Origin: a virus
Strand: one strand, 5' to 3'
DNA: 56,846 nt
IMG/VR virus record: IMGVR_UViG_3300045988_088058
Span: 1 to 56,846 of that record
Below, one piece after another: positions 26,255-35,382 of the stretch. The notes below the pieces were generated by a model, which was not told where the DNA came from, searched no databases, and saw nothing but the letters and a program-made list of their open reading frames with translations. Position numbers and translations under genes: made by a program. Numbering within the stretch: position 1 is the first letter of the stretch; each line of letters opens with the position of its first letter.

Positions 26255-26602
26255 CTAGCTTACTAATCGTCTTAGAGCCCTAAACAATTCTTCCACATTG
26301 TCCTCTATAGACTGTTCTAGTATCTTATACTTGCGCCCGTGCGCTAGTTCCAACCAAAAGCCGTAGCTCATATGGTGTGATACTGCGATCATAATTTGAT
26401 CCTTACTGACCCATGCGGCTTCCCCTTTCAGTTTTTGCCGGGCGTTACCAGTACGGTCCGTCCAAATCGCGTTAGACTTAGCGTAAGCCTCCATTTTAGT
26501 AGAAGCTATCTCACAGATTAGTAAAACGGATACAAGGAACTTGCTTCGGTATTGCTCACAGGACTGAACGAACTCACTAGGATCCCATACAAGATCAGCC
26601 AT
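26255..26602 (-). CDS. Head-tail joining protein (HK97 gp10-like, by position and size)
   Basis: 115 aa, within the head-tail connector gene set. Confidence 0.45.
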   Translation of the reverse strand: MADLVWDPSEFVQSCEQYRSKFLVSVLLICEIASTKMEAYAKSNAIWTDRTGNARQKLKGEAAWVSKDQIMIAVSHHMSYGFWLELAHGRKYKILEQSIEDNVEELFRALRRLVS

Positions 26603-26994
26603 TAGTCCTTTACCTCCAATTTCAGTTCAACTACGATATTTTGCTCTAAAATATTATGGACTTCAACTACTCGATACCGTCTACCTGATTGAATAATCGT
26701 AACGGTATCACTAGGAACAATGTTCGAACCTCCGTCATTATACATGATGAAGATTCTAATCCCATTTTGAGCAAAAATTCTACCAGCGTCCGTAGCATTG
26801 GACAGTAGGTCAGGTCCGGTTGAATTGTCGAATAGACAAGTGGCGTTTTCTAATACGATTTCCTTTGATTTGTCTCGTTTCTTACCACCGTAACCGTCAC
26901 TGACCCAGCTATCCCTTGTTACTTTTATCTTAGTAGGTGCAGTCTCAATAGCTCGACGAACTTGTTCTTCGACATAATTGTAGTCATAAGTCAT
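26602..26994 (-). CDS. Head closure / head-tail adaptor protein (by position)
   Basis: 130 aa. ATGA-type coupling to its neighbours. Confidence 0.45.
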   Translation of the reverse strand: MTYDYNYVEEQVRRAIETAPTKIKVTRDSWVSDGYGGKKRDKSKEIVLENATCLFDNSTGPDLLSNATDAGRIFAQNGIRIFIMYNDGGSNIVPSDTVTIIQSGRRYRVVEVHNILEQNIVVELKLEVKD

Positions 26995-27308
26995 GTTCCG
27001 TCCGCCCTTTTCATTAAAATAGTAGACCCTGTACTAGCTGAAAGGTCTTGCTCTTGTTGCTCTGCTTTATACTCATCATAGAAGAACCGAGCCATGTTCT
27101 TCCAGTATTCGGCGTCACCTTTCAAAGTAATAGGTCCAAGAGTCACAGCGTCATTGCGCGTTTTAAGAAGACATAATTTATAGCTTACATACGCAACTGA
27201 CTTGTGACGATCTAAAAGAGCGGAGATGTACGTTTCCGGATATGGATTAGGGGATTGAGTGTTCCCTATATTCTCCATAACCAAGTCAATATCCGCTTTT
27301 TCTGCCAT
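26991..27308 (-). CDS. Head-tail connector protein (gp6-like, by position)
   Basis: 105 aa. 4-nt overlap with the downstream gene. Confidence 0.45.
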   Translation of the reverse strand: MAEKADIDLVMENIGNTQSPNPYPETYISALLDRHKSVAYVSYKLCLLKTRNDAVTLGPITLKGDAEYWKNMARFFYDEYKAEQQEQDLSASTGSTILMKRADGT

Positions 27309-27309
27309 G

Positions 27310-27639
27310 TTACTCTCCTAGTTCGTAGTCAATAAGTGCGTCGATATATTCACTCTTGCGAGTAAGTCCAGTTAGGTCAATACCGTTAGCCTGCGCCAGT
27401 TCAGCGAGTTGAGGGACAGTCATTGCGGCATACTCTTGTCGCATTTTTTCAACTTCGTCCTCGTCATCTAAAACTGAACTATCTTTAGTGACGTCCGTAC
27501 CTTCGGCTTCCTTCAGTTCAAAAGCCAAACCACTTTCGACAAGGGAAGCAGCAAGCGCATCAGGGCAGTGAAATACTGAACCCGTATGCGCTACACTTCC
27601 GGAGACAATCAACGTACTCAGTGCTTTTAGTGTAGCCAT
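27310..27639 (-). CDS. Small head-associated protein with C-terminal HeH/Rho-N-like motif
   Basis: 109 aa. C-terminal MTVPQLAELAQANGIDLTGLTRKSEYIDALI resembles the Rho_N / HeH helix-extension-helix motif common in phage head proteins. Confidence 0.5.
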   Translation of the reverse strand: MATLKALSTLIVSGSVAHTGSVFHCPDALAASLVESGLAFELKEAEGTDVTKDSSVLDDEDEVEKMRQEYAAMTVPQLAELAQANGIDLTGLTRKSEYIDALIDYELGE

Positions 27640-27655
27640 AAATTACCTCCTAAAA

Positions 27656-28741
27656 TTAGCCTTCGTTGGTTTTGATAACTCCAACATAGTCGATTCCTTC
27701 GAATGATGGAATCATTACCGCAGAAACAACGGTCACCACGTTCACTGGATGTTTTTCCATGTAAGTAGTGACGGTAGGTCCACCTGAAAGAACTTGAACC
27801 TGCGCATCTGTTCCACCTGATGCCAAGTCGAACGCTTCAGGAGTAGTTCCGTACCAAGTGTGACCAACTGGGTCTGGTGGAAGTAGGACAACGATGTTAT
27901 CGTCAATCAAGTTGAACTGACGAATGTTACCTGAGTCAGGAAGTTTGTCAGCGTCAGCGAATTGAGCAATTTTCTTAGAGTACACAGCAATTTGAAGTTG
28001 AGTCTTCTCAGCAATGAATTTTTCAGCGTCAGCTGCTAATAGCATGAAGTTTTCCCATGACCCTTGAACACCAATTGCAAGAGCTTTCTTAATAGAGTCA
28101 CTCTTCGTCATGTTGTTGTAAGTGTTACGGTTCATAATCATACGAGTAGGTCGAACCCCTGTACGATTTTCCATGTCGTCCATAGCCGCCAAAATGTCCG
28201 CGATAGGGTCTGAGGTAGTACGGTCAGTCCATTTCTTCGCTGCGGTGTATTGTTGTTTAGCATCCATATTATAATCATATGTATATTGAGCTTCACTGTT
28301 GGTAGATTTAACTGTGAATTTACCGTACTGAAGCAACTGCATCCGCATGTATTCAGCTTGCGCTTCTACACCGTCGACAAGGTTTTTAGTGTCATTGTAT
28401 AGCTGAGTGATGATTGGTTGAGCCATTCCTTGGCTTTGAGCCAATAACAATTGAAGTTGCTGGCGGTCTTTTTCACCCAAGCGCATTGATTCACGGAAGA
28501 ACGCCATTTCAGTAGCTTGTTTGCTAAATCCAGCACGTTCACGGATGCTAGCCTTAGCATCGTAGTTCGATGGTTGAATCGTTACTGGAAGGTTATTAGC
28601 ACCTTTTAGCCAAGAGATGTCCGTCCCTGCTTGTTGCGCATTAGGGAAAAGTGAAGGACCAAGGTATGGAAGAGCGTTCGAAGGTAGCGCTTGGATGTAA
28701 GCAGCGACCTCACTAGCATTTAGGTAATCATAAATATTCAT
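27656..28741 (-). CDS. Major capsid protein (lambda E-like family)
   Basis: 361 aa. The N-terminus MNIYDYLNASEVAAYIQALP...LFPNAQQAGTDISWLKG is typical of the phage major capsid protein E family. It follows the scaffold and decoration genes. Confidence 0.8.
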   Translation of the reverse strand: MNIYDYLNASEVAAYIQALPSNALPYLGPSLFPNAQQAGTDISWLKGANNLPVTIQPSNYDAKASIRERAGFSKQATEMAFFRESMRLGEKDRQQLQLLLAQSQGMAQPIITQLYNDTKNLVDGVEAQAEYMRMQLLQYGKFTVKSTNSEAQYTYDYNMDAKQQYTAAKKWTDRTTSDPIADILAAMDDMENRTGVRPTRMIMNRNTYNNMTKSDSIKKALAIGVQGSWENFMLLAADAEKFIAEKTQLQIAVYSKKIAQFADADKLPDSGNIRQFNLIDDNIVVLLPPDPVGHTWYGTTPEAFDLASGGTDAQVQVLSGGPTVTTYMEKHPVNVVTVVSAVMIPSFEGIDYVGVIKTNEG

Positions 28742-28754
28742 CTAATACTTCCTC

Positions 28755-29132
28755 CTATTTTACTACCAAAATCATTGGGTTTTTATTTTCAGGGACTGCG
28801 CCTGCAACCTTTTGAAGTGCTGCATATTTAACAAATCCATGAACAAGAACAGTGACAGTGACTTTATCTTCACCGTCGTAAACACGTTGATCCGCAAAGA
28901 TAACTCCATCAAATTGTTCACCAGTTTGAACCACTTCAAGTCCAGTCTTGCGACCGTCGAGTGTAGTTGCGTTCTTCACGCAGGTTCCGGCTAAAATATA
29001 CTTCTTACCGCCTACGTCAGTAGCAGCAGTAGCAGGGATTTGAGCACTTAGGGCGACATAATGGTCTGGGATTGCGACAACGCTTCGAGTAGTTTGATTG
29101 AAATCAGTTTTCTTAACTCGTACATTAGGCAT
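28755..29132 (-). CDS. Head decoration / head fibre protein candidate
   Basis: 125 aa, between the scaffold and capsid genes. Confidence 0.4.
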   Translation of the reverse strand: MPNVRVKKTDFNQTTRSVVAIPDHYVALSAQIPATAATDVGGKKYILAGTCVKNATTLDGRKTGLEVVQTGEQFDGVIFADQRVYDGEDKVTVTVLVHGFVKYAALQKVAGAVPENKNPMILVVK

Positions 29133-29147
29133 AGCCTTTTCCTCCTA

Positions 29148-29834
29148 TTATTTAAAGAATGTTGCTTGTTGCTGACCAGTAGCACTTTGTGATTGAGCTA
29201 ATGATTCAGCGAGTTGCTTACCAAAGGCACCTACTTCACGTGGTTCCGGAACTCCTGCGCCTACGCGACCTGAGTTACCGGGGTTACCTGTTCCGGAAGC
29301 TCCTTTGTGAGAAGATTCAGGTTTAGGGTTGTCCTCGTCTTTAGGATTTTCTTTGAATAAGTATTTACGAGACTCACGCAAAGACTTCAACTGATCTTCT
29401 AAACCTTTGACGTTACCTTTGTCGTCGACCGTGATATCGTCTAGGTTCATAAATCCAAGAATGTCCGCTGCGGGAGCAATGGAATCAGTAATCAAAGGAT
29501 GTAGAGCTGAGATAACTGAAGCACTTTTAGCTATTTGAGTTTGGTTGTCTAATTGACTTTGTAGGTTTTGAATTGTAGCCTGCGCATCACTACCATCTTC
29601 GACCTGCTTGGACAATGTAGCCACTTCCTTCTTATAGCCTTCAATCGAATTGTTCGCTTGATCGCGTTGTTGAACAACTTCATCGAATCGTGCGTGAGGT
29701 ACATAGTGCTGACCGTCACCGTCGATGAAAACTTTCGCGTCCAATTCTTTAGACTTAGCCTTCACATGCTCTGTGACATTTTTGATTGTTGGTTCATCTA
29801 GACCTTTTAAAAGATCTTCTAATTGATAAGCCAT
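29148..29834 (-). CDS. Capsid scaffolding protein (GP20-like)
   Basis: 228 aa. Coiled-coil-rich with a Gly/Pro-rich C-terminus, upstream of the capsid gene. Confidence 0.7.
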   Translation of the reverse strand: MAYQLEDLLKGLDEPTIKNVTEHVKAKSKELDAKVFIDGDGQHYVPHARFDEVVQQRDQANNSIEGYKKEVATLSKQVEDGSDAQATIQNLQSQLDNQTQIAKSASVISALHPLITDSIAPAADILGFMNLDDITVDDKGNVKGLEDQLKSLRESRKYLFKENPKDEDNPKPESSHKGASGTGNPGNSGRVGAGVPEPREVGAFGKQLAESLAQSQSATGQQQATFFK

Positions 29835-29946
29835 TTGATATCCTCCTTGAGTTTACGCCCTCCGGCTGAATCTTCTGTTTCGATTTAATTGGAACAGTGA
29901 AACCAATTTCGAGTCATTAAGGCGACAAGGTTCCTTTTCAACTTAT

Positions 29947-29980
29947 ATTATAACACAATTCGATATCTTTTTACTACTTT
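29947..29980 (-). promoter_or_regulatory. Extended -10 promoter (TGTTATAAT) upstream of the scaffold/capsid genes
   Basis: Minus strand reads GAATTGTGTTATAATATAAG (-10 at 29947-29952, TG at 29954-29955). Weak -35. The leader is about 100 nt. Confidence 0.35.
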
Positions 29981-30011
29981 TCGAAGGAGTTGAGCCTTAG
30001 ACAAATTATAG

Positions 30012-30038
30012 ACAAAAAGACTCGGTTATCACCGAGCC
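30012..30038 (-). terminator. Rho-independent terminator after the minor head protein gene
   Basis: Minus-strand stem GGCUCGGU/ACCGAGUC with GAUA loop, followed by UUUUUGU. It overlaps the TAG stop. Confidence 0.7.
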
Positions 30039-31033
30039 TAGTAGCTTTTAACAAAGTCGAGATCGCTATATTTTTCGACTTTTCCTGAGGTTAAATCGTC
30101 GTACCAAGCGTCTAATACATCATTAGTTTCACCGTCTACCCAACCTCTCAACTCGTCCGCGATTTCTTCTAATGAGTTTTCGTACCATATAGTTTGATAG
30201 CACATTCCATTAGGATGGTCGAAAGGACATTCTTCAATAGGAAATACTTCGCCATCTAAATCTCGACAAGCCTGACAAGTTCGACCTGGTGCGTGTACTG
30301 AGTGCCATTGAACTTTTCGAGCATAAGGGTTGACTTTTCCCCATTGTCGAACTCCAGCAGTAGCTGAGTGGCTAATAGTAGTTCGAGCAAGTCGAAGAGC
30401 ATTGTATTCGAGGTTTTCATATTTTCGAGCAGTTGTTCGACCTAGTTTCTCAGCAATTTGTTCGAAGTCCCACTCTTTTCGAGCTTTCGGGTCAATGTAC
30501 TGTTCTAATAGCTTCGCCATGTCGACTGCAGACATTCCACTTGCCAGACCTTGAGTAACTATTTGTTGAACGTCATTTCCTGCGCGTGCTGCATTAGACC
30601 ATACCCGTTTAGATAAGTTCTTTCCGTCTTTGTAGATTCCACCTTTAGTAACAGCCTCAGCGGCTTTACGGGAAAAGACTAATGACGCTGAACGAACTTC
30701 TTTTCCAAAGTCTTTAGCAGTAGCATTTCCATCTCCGCCTAAAATATCTAATAGGTGTAGAACTTGTCCATCTACAGCATTCTCAGCAGCCTTTTGGGAG
30801 TATTCGTGCATAACGTGAACTAGAACCCTATGAAGGTCGTAAGCGTAGTCTTTATAGATCCGTTTAGGTAAGTATCCATTTCGAGACTTTTTGAGTTTTT
30901 CTATTAAGTCTACGCCAGCATCATTGAACGCTTTTAAAACGGCCTTCTCTTGTTCAAGTGTCAATTTAATGTTGGTCTCATGTATAGCTTTTTCCCAACT
31001 ACTGAGATACCCATTCTTTTTCTTTTTGCTCAA
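30038..31033 (-). CDS. Minor head protein (SPP1 gp7 / Mu F family)
   Basis: 331 aa. Signature WHSVHAPGRTCQACRDLDGEVFPIEECPFDHPNGMCY. TTG start behind AAGGAG. Confidence 0.8.
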   Translation of the reverse strand: MSKKKKNGYLSSWEKAIHETNIKLTLEQEKAVLKAFNDAGVDLIEKLKKSRNGYLPKRIYKDYAYDLHRVLVHVMHEYSQKAAENAVDGQVLHLLDILGGDGNATAKDFGKEVRSASLVFSRKAAEAVTKGGIYKDGKNLSKRVWSNAARAGNDVQQIVTQGLASGMSAVDMAKLLEQYIDPKARKEWDFEQIAEKLGRTTARKYENLEYNALRLARTTISHSATAGVRQWGKVNPYARKVQWHSVHAPGRTCQACRDLDGEVFPIEECPFDHPNGMCYQTIWYENSLEEIADELRGWVDGETNDVLDAWYDDLTSGKVEKYSDLDFVKSY

Positions 31034-31436
31034 TGTTCAGCTCCTTTTTCAATTTAGCAGTAAGGCCTGAAATTTTATGCCCAGCGTTCTCGTCCTTTAT
31101 TCGATAATCGTGGTAAAGGTTTTGGTTCATTGCTGCTCCCTTACCTAATTCCTTCTTCATCTTCGAACGACACTCATTTCTAAATCGAATAAGTTTTTCG
31201 ATTTCTTTATCGCCGACATAGGTAGTGAACCTATAATGGCACTTAGGACATTCGAAGAATCTCCACTCTACGCCTTTTTCGATATGTTTCGAAATAATTT
31301 GCTTAGAAGATAGTTCGAACTTATGCTCACAGTGGTCACAGTTTACGTCAAAGACTGTTTTAGACTCCACCTTTGGCTTGTTGCTCTTGTTGTTCTGGCG
31401 TACTTGGTTCTTCAATTGTTTCTTCTTGTTCTTCAT
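30999..31436 (-). CDS. Lys-rich zinc-ribbon protein overlapping both the portal and minor-head genes
   Basis: 145 aa. Two CxxC pairs (CDHCEHKF ... FECPKCHYRF). ATG at 31436 with GAGGA 8 nt upstream. Overlaps the portal 3' end by 77 nt and the next gene by 35 nt. Confidence 0.5.
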   Translation of the reverse strand: MKNKKKQLKNQVRQNNKSNKPKVESKTVFDVNCDHCEHKFELSSKQIISKHIEKGVEWRFFECPKCHYRFTTYVGDKEIEKLIRFRNECRSKMKKELGKGAAMNQNLYHDYRIKDENAGHKISGLTAKLKKELNIEQKEKEWVSQ

Positions 31437-33102
31437 CTTTAGGTTCCTCTTGTCCGTTTAATTCTTCTGCTAATACAGGTAGCGCCCCTGCGGAAATTTC
31501 ATCAAGTTGCGCAAGTTCCTGCAATACACGTTCCCACTCTTTGTCCGCTTTTTCTTTCTTACTGAACTCTTCAATGTAAGATTGGTGACTTCGTACATTA
31601 GTTTGAACTTCAGTGAGAGCAGTTTGTTTGGCTGCTTGTTCGTCACTCGGTAATGGGTAATGGTGGTCAATAGTCAATGTCGTAAGGGTTTGATAGCTTG
31701 ATTGTATGTCTTGTGGTAATAGACCTAGATCTACTCCTACCTTACCTAGTATTTCTTCTAATAGGTTAATGAGCCATTGAATAGCGTCATCCCATTCTGC
31801 CCACTTGTCATCACACTTACTCATTAGGTCATAGAATAAGTATTGCATAGCAATTCCAGACGGCGCATCTTGTACCTTTTCAGGTAGTGGCTGGTCCATG
31901 AGTTCATACATGGCTTTTTTTGCTCCATCTAAATAGTATTGGGCAGTAGGTAGGAAGTTGAAGTTTCCTGAAATAGTAGTAACTTGAGCCTGCTTTCCTC
32001 CAGTACCGCCAATTGAAGAAGTAGGGTCACTCTTAATGTCGACAAGAGCGTTAGGTGCAATCTTCATTCCTTGAATTGATTTAGAAGATCCGTCAATAAT
32101 GACAGGTTGTTCGAACATCTTAAATCGAAGTGAATCGCGCATGTCACTAATAGTTCGGTTCGTATTGTCCGCGATAGTGATTAAGTCTTTGACGTCACTT
32201 GTACCATATACGTCATTAGTCAATGGTTCATTGAGGATGACCTTACAAGGGATTTGACTCAATCCAGTAGGTGCTGAATCTTGGACTTTTAATGGAACCT
32301 CAACCTTATTACCTAAATTGTCTTCGATTTCAATTAGTTTAGCGTCTTTTTCTTTGATTGTAGTTTGCCCATCTTCCGTCATGTAAATTTGGTTCGAAGT
32401 TCCGTCGGTCAAAGTGTAGGTGAGCCAGCATTGCTCTTCAACATCTTCCAGCGCAGTGGTGATACCTGAGTTCGAACTTCCCGATTTCATCTCGTAACGG
32501 TAGTGATGCCATAATTGTTTTTCAGTGGACATCCCTTTCGTACGTTCGTCTTGATACACAATGTCGACGGACAGTAGGCGAGAAGGATCTTTAGGATCTA
32601 CAATGTAAGAAAATTGCGGCATTGAATAGAACTGAACATCAATCGGTTCGCCAGGGTTTGCTATAACGGATAATAGCACTCGCTTGCCGACTGTTGCATC
32701 TACCAATGCTCGTTTACACTTACTCCAAAACTTTGAGTGTCCTAAAATATGGTCGAACAAAATACGCTTATTCTCCGCCTTATCATCTTCCTTATCCACA
32801 ATGGGGTTGAAGATTAGTTCAGGCTCCGTTCCCATCATAAATCGCGCTTGCTTTTTAATAAGGGATCGAATATAATTTCGAATTTCGCGGGTAGGTGTAT
32901 AGTCCAATGAGTCTTCTTTGATCTTCCATGTTTGACCATAGTCCGCATTCAGCTCCGTGACATCGTATCCGTCGAAGTATTGATAATACTTTTCGACCTC
33001 CTGTAGTTCCTTTTTGAACTTCTGATTTTGCGCCAACGGACTGTCGAATGCCTGACTGACAAGTTCGTCGGTGTGGGAAATAGCTTTTGATTTTTTAGCC
33101 AT
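31360..33102 (-). CDS. Portal protein (SPP1 gp6-like) with acidic C-terminal tail
   Basis: 580 aa, directly downstream of terL. Size and position are typical. C-terminus EEPKDEEQEETIEEPSTPEQQEQQ. Confidence 0.85.
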   Translation of the reverse strand: MAKKSKAISHTDELVSQAFDSPLAQNQKFKKELQEVEKYYQYFDGYDVTELNADYGQTWKIKEDSLDYTPTREIRNYIRSLIKKQARFMMGTEPELIFNPIVDKEDDKAENKRILFDHILGHSKFWSKCKRALVDATVGKRVLLSVIANPGEPIDVQFYSMPQFSYIVDPKDPSRLLSVDIVYQDERTKGMSTEKQLWHHYRYEMKSGSSNSGITTALEDVEEQCWLTYTLTDGTSNQIYMTEDGQTTIKEKDAKLIEIEDNLGNKVEVPLKVQDSAPTGLSQIPCKVILNEPLTNDVYGTSDVKDLITIADNTNRTISDMRDSLRFKMFEQPVIIDGSSKSIQGMKIAPNALVDIKSDPTSSIGGTGGKQAQVTTISGNFNFLPTAQYYLDGAKKAMYELMDQPLPEKVQDAPSGIAMQYLFYDLMSKCDDKWAEWDDAIQWLINLLEEILGKVGVDLGLLPQDIQSSYQTLTTLTIDHHYPLPSDEQAAKQTALTEVQTNVRSHQSYIEEFSKKEKADKEWERVLQELAQLDEISAGALPVLAEELNGQEEPKDEEQEETIEEPSTPEQQEQQAKGGV

Positions 33103-33159
33103 GTAGTTTACCTCCTATAATGTATTATACACTATTTTGACTAATATTGTTTACCTTAA

Positions 33160-34548
33160 TTATCGCGCACCTTTACCTGATAACACTTGTATTTCGAACC
33201 CAAAGTCGTCATTGATAATGGCGTCAGTCAAACAGGCGTAGCGGTTACGGTCCATGCAGTGGTCATATTCCTTGACAACTCTATCCTCCCCTAGCTGGCT
33301 TGCTTTACTGTCCCAGCTATAGGCGTAATATTCATCAATGTCGTGCGTGTTGCTAGGGTCGAGTGTAAATCTATTTTCAGTTAGTAACTCAGCATGAAAT
33401 GAGATACCTAAATTGACATCATTTCGAGCGGGCAGGATAGGAATATTCTTTCTTACTATATAAGGATGCTTTTGAAGTTCTACAATCATAGCTGAAGCGG
33501 AAGGGTCGAGGATTATATATTCGATTTGTTTCCCCCGTATCATGTCGACTAAGTCATTTGCGTATTCTTTAGTAGTCTTTTGAAGTATTGATCCAAATTG
33601 AACATTCGAATTGACATCAGCCTCAGTAAGTTGTTCCTCAGCCTCACGCCCGGAGTGGTAGTAAGATTCAATTAGATGATAACTTTTTCGACGTTTCGAG
33701 AATCCATAAAGGCCAAAGGTTGTAGCATTGTAGATACCAAAGTCGCCCGCTACAAATAAACGGTCGAATTCTATATTGAGCTTTTTAACGTGCTGCTCTT
33801 CATTGAACATTGAATAAACTAGACCATCTGCTGTTACCCAAAGGCCGAGAATAAATCTTTTCCGGAAAACTCCGGCATACATCTTCTCATAGCGCCTTTT
33901 AATACTATCAGTCAAGCTAGGATTATCATCCATTGTGAAATGTAGGTATAGGATACGCTTTTCGACCTGTTTATCAATCCAGTTCTTTTTGAAGTAGTGA
34001 TTAGGATTTGCAGGGTTACAAGAGAACCACATTTTCGAACCTGTTACGGAACAGCGCCCTGTGGCTTGGTTGACAAAGGATTCAGGCATCAGTGCCACCT
34101 CGTCACAGAAGATACCTGCTAATGTTACCCCCTGGATAAGGTCTTGGCTCGACTCATCTTTTCCTCCAAATATATAGAAGTAGTTGAGAATTTCTTCGCC
34201 ATTTCTAAAGTGTCTAATAATAAGTAGATTTTCATTTCGAACATCTCGAATTTCATACCCGCGACTTGTGAGCATTTGCTTTAGAGGCTGAATAACATTT
34301 CGTCGAGCTGAATGAATTGTCTTACCACAGATGGCAAAGTTTTGCCCATTGAACTCAGTCATCGCCCAAAGGGAAAATGAAAGAGCCATCGATACTGTCT
34401 TTCCTGAACGAATGGACCCGTCGGCTATGACAATATCGAAAGTTCGAAAAGGTGAGCCCTTTGTCCACCATGTTAGGAGTTGAAGTTGCTTCTTACTAAA
34501 AGGAACGAAATTAAACTTTGGCAGTCTATTCCTTAGGCTTATTGTCAT
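33160..34548 (-). CDS. terL: Terminase large subunit
   Basis: 462 aa. Walker A ADGSIRSGKTVS, Walker B IFCDEVALM, and a C-terminal nuclease region. Confidence 0.9.
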   Translation of the reverse strand: MTISLRNRLPKFNFVPFSKKQLQLLTWWTKGSPFRTFDIVIADGSIRSGKTVSMALSFSLWAMTEFNGQNFAICGKTIHSARRNVIQPLKQMLTSRGYEIRDVRNENLLIIRHFRNGEEILNYFYIFGGKDESSQDLIQGVTLAGIFCDEVALMPESFVNQATGRCSVTGSKMWFSCNPANPNHYFKKNWIDKQVEKRILYLHFTMDDNPSLTDSIKRRYEKMYAGVFRKRFILGLWVTADGLVYSMFNEEQHVKKLNIEFDRLFVAGDFGIYNATTFGLYGFSKRRKSYHLIESYYHSGREAEEQLTEADVNSNVQFGSILQKTTKEYANDLVDMIRGKQIEYIILDPSASAMIVELQKHPYIVRKNIPILPARNDVNLGISFHAELLTENRFTLDPSNTHDIDEYYAYSWDSKASQLGEDRVVKEYDHCMDRNRYACLTDAIINDDFGFEIQVLSGKGAR

Positions 34549-35266
34549 TATCAGTCACTCCTTTAATGTAGGAACCTGTCACGTCGCTAAATTCTTGCCA
34601 AACAGCCTGGGCGGCTTTATCTAGTGCTTCTACGAAATTATCCTTAACTTCACCTTCCACTTCCTGGTCGCCCATTTTGGCTCTAAGCAATGTAATTTTC
34701 TCGCGCTCAATTTGTAGTCTATATCGAACTTCCTCAGGTAGCATTCCATTAGCACGTTCTTGACCTTTTTGCGCTCTGTCTATAAGGTTCGAAAGTACAT
34801 CTAAGGCGCCCCATCTAATATTTCCTTCTTTAGTAAATAAATACCGGTCAGGATTATCTAAACACATTTCGACGATGTTCATTAGTTTTTCCCAGGCGGC
34901 GTGATATTTAATATTGACTGATACTTTAAACCCTGCATACATTTGAGTCAAAGTGTCATTAGTGATTAAGGCTTTTTCATTCTCGAACTCTTTTTTAGCC
35001 TTGACCCATTTATCGCGAGCTCTAATTTCACCTACACGTTTTTCCGCCATGCCATAACGGGCAGCAATTTCCTGAACAGTCATGCCCCTAATAAACTCTA
35101 ATTTCATTCTAGCATCACGTTCCTTAATTGTCATCTTAATGCCTTTATAGTCATATTCTATATATTGGTCTTTATTGACACGCGCATTTGCTTTCACGCC
35201 TTTCTTGTCTTTTGACCTAGGTGGCGTCTTCCTTCCTCGAACTTTTGGTCCAGCAGCTTTTGCCAT
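34526..35266 (-). CDS. terS: Terminase small subunit
   Basis: 246 aa. HTH MTVQEIAARYGMAEKRVGEIRARDKW. Overlaps the terL start by 23 nt. It is the first gene of the late operon. Confidence 0.7.
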   Translation of the reverse strand: MAKAAGPKVRGRKTPPRSKDKKGVKANARVNKDQYIEYDYKGIKMTIKERDARMKLEFIRGMTVQEIAARYGMAEKRVGEIRARDKWVKAKKEFENEKALITNDTLTQMYAGFKVSVNIKYHAAWEKLMNIVEMCLDNPDRYLFTKEGNIRWGALDVLSNLIDRAQKGQERANGMLPEEVRYRLQIEREKITLLRAKMGDQEVEGEVKDNFVEALDKAAQAVWQEFSDVTGSYIKGVTDNDNKPKE

Positions 35267-35298
35267 TTATTGACCCTCCTTTATTTAATTGCGTTTAC

Positions 35299-35327
35299 AT
35301 TGTAACAAATTTGCGCGTGACTTACAA
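35299..35327 (-). promoter_or_regulatory. Candidate late-operon promoter TTGTAA-N17-TACAAT
   Basis: Minus strand reads CAATTGTAAGTCACGCGCAAATTTGTTACAATGTAAACG, about 35 nt upstream of the terS RBS. The -10 overlaps a TTACA-T-TGTAA palindrome. Confidence 0.3.
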
Positions 35328-35382
35328 TTGATTGAATTTATAGTCCTATAATGAAAAATATAGTGATTTTTAAATTTAAAAG

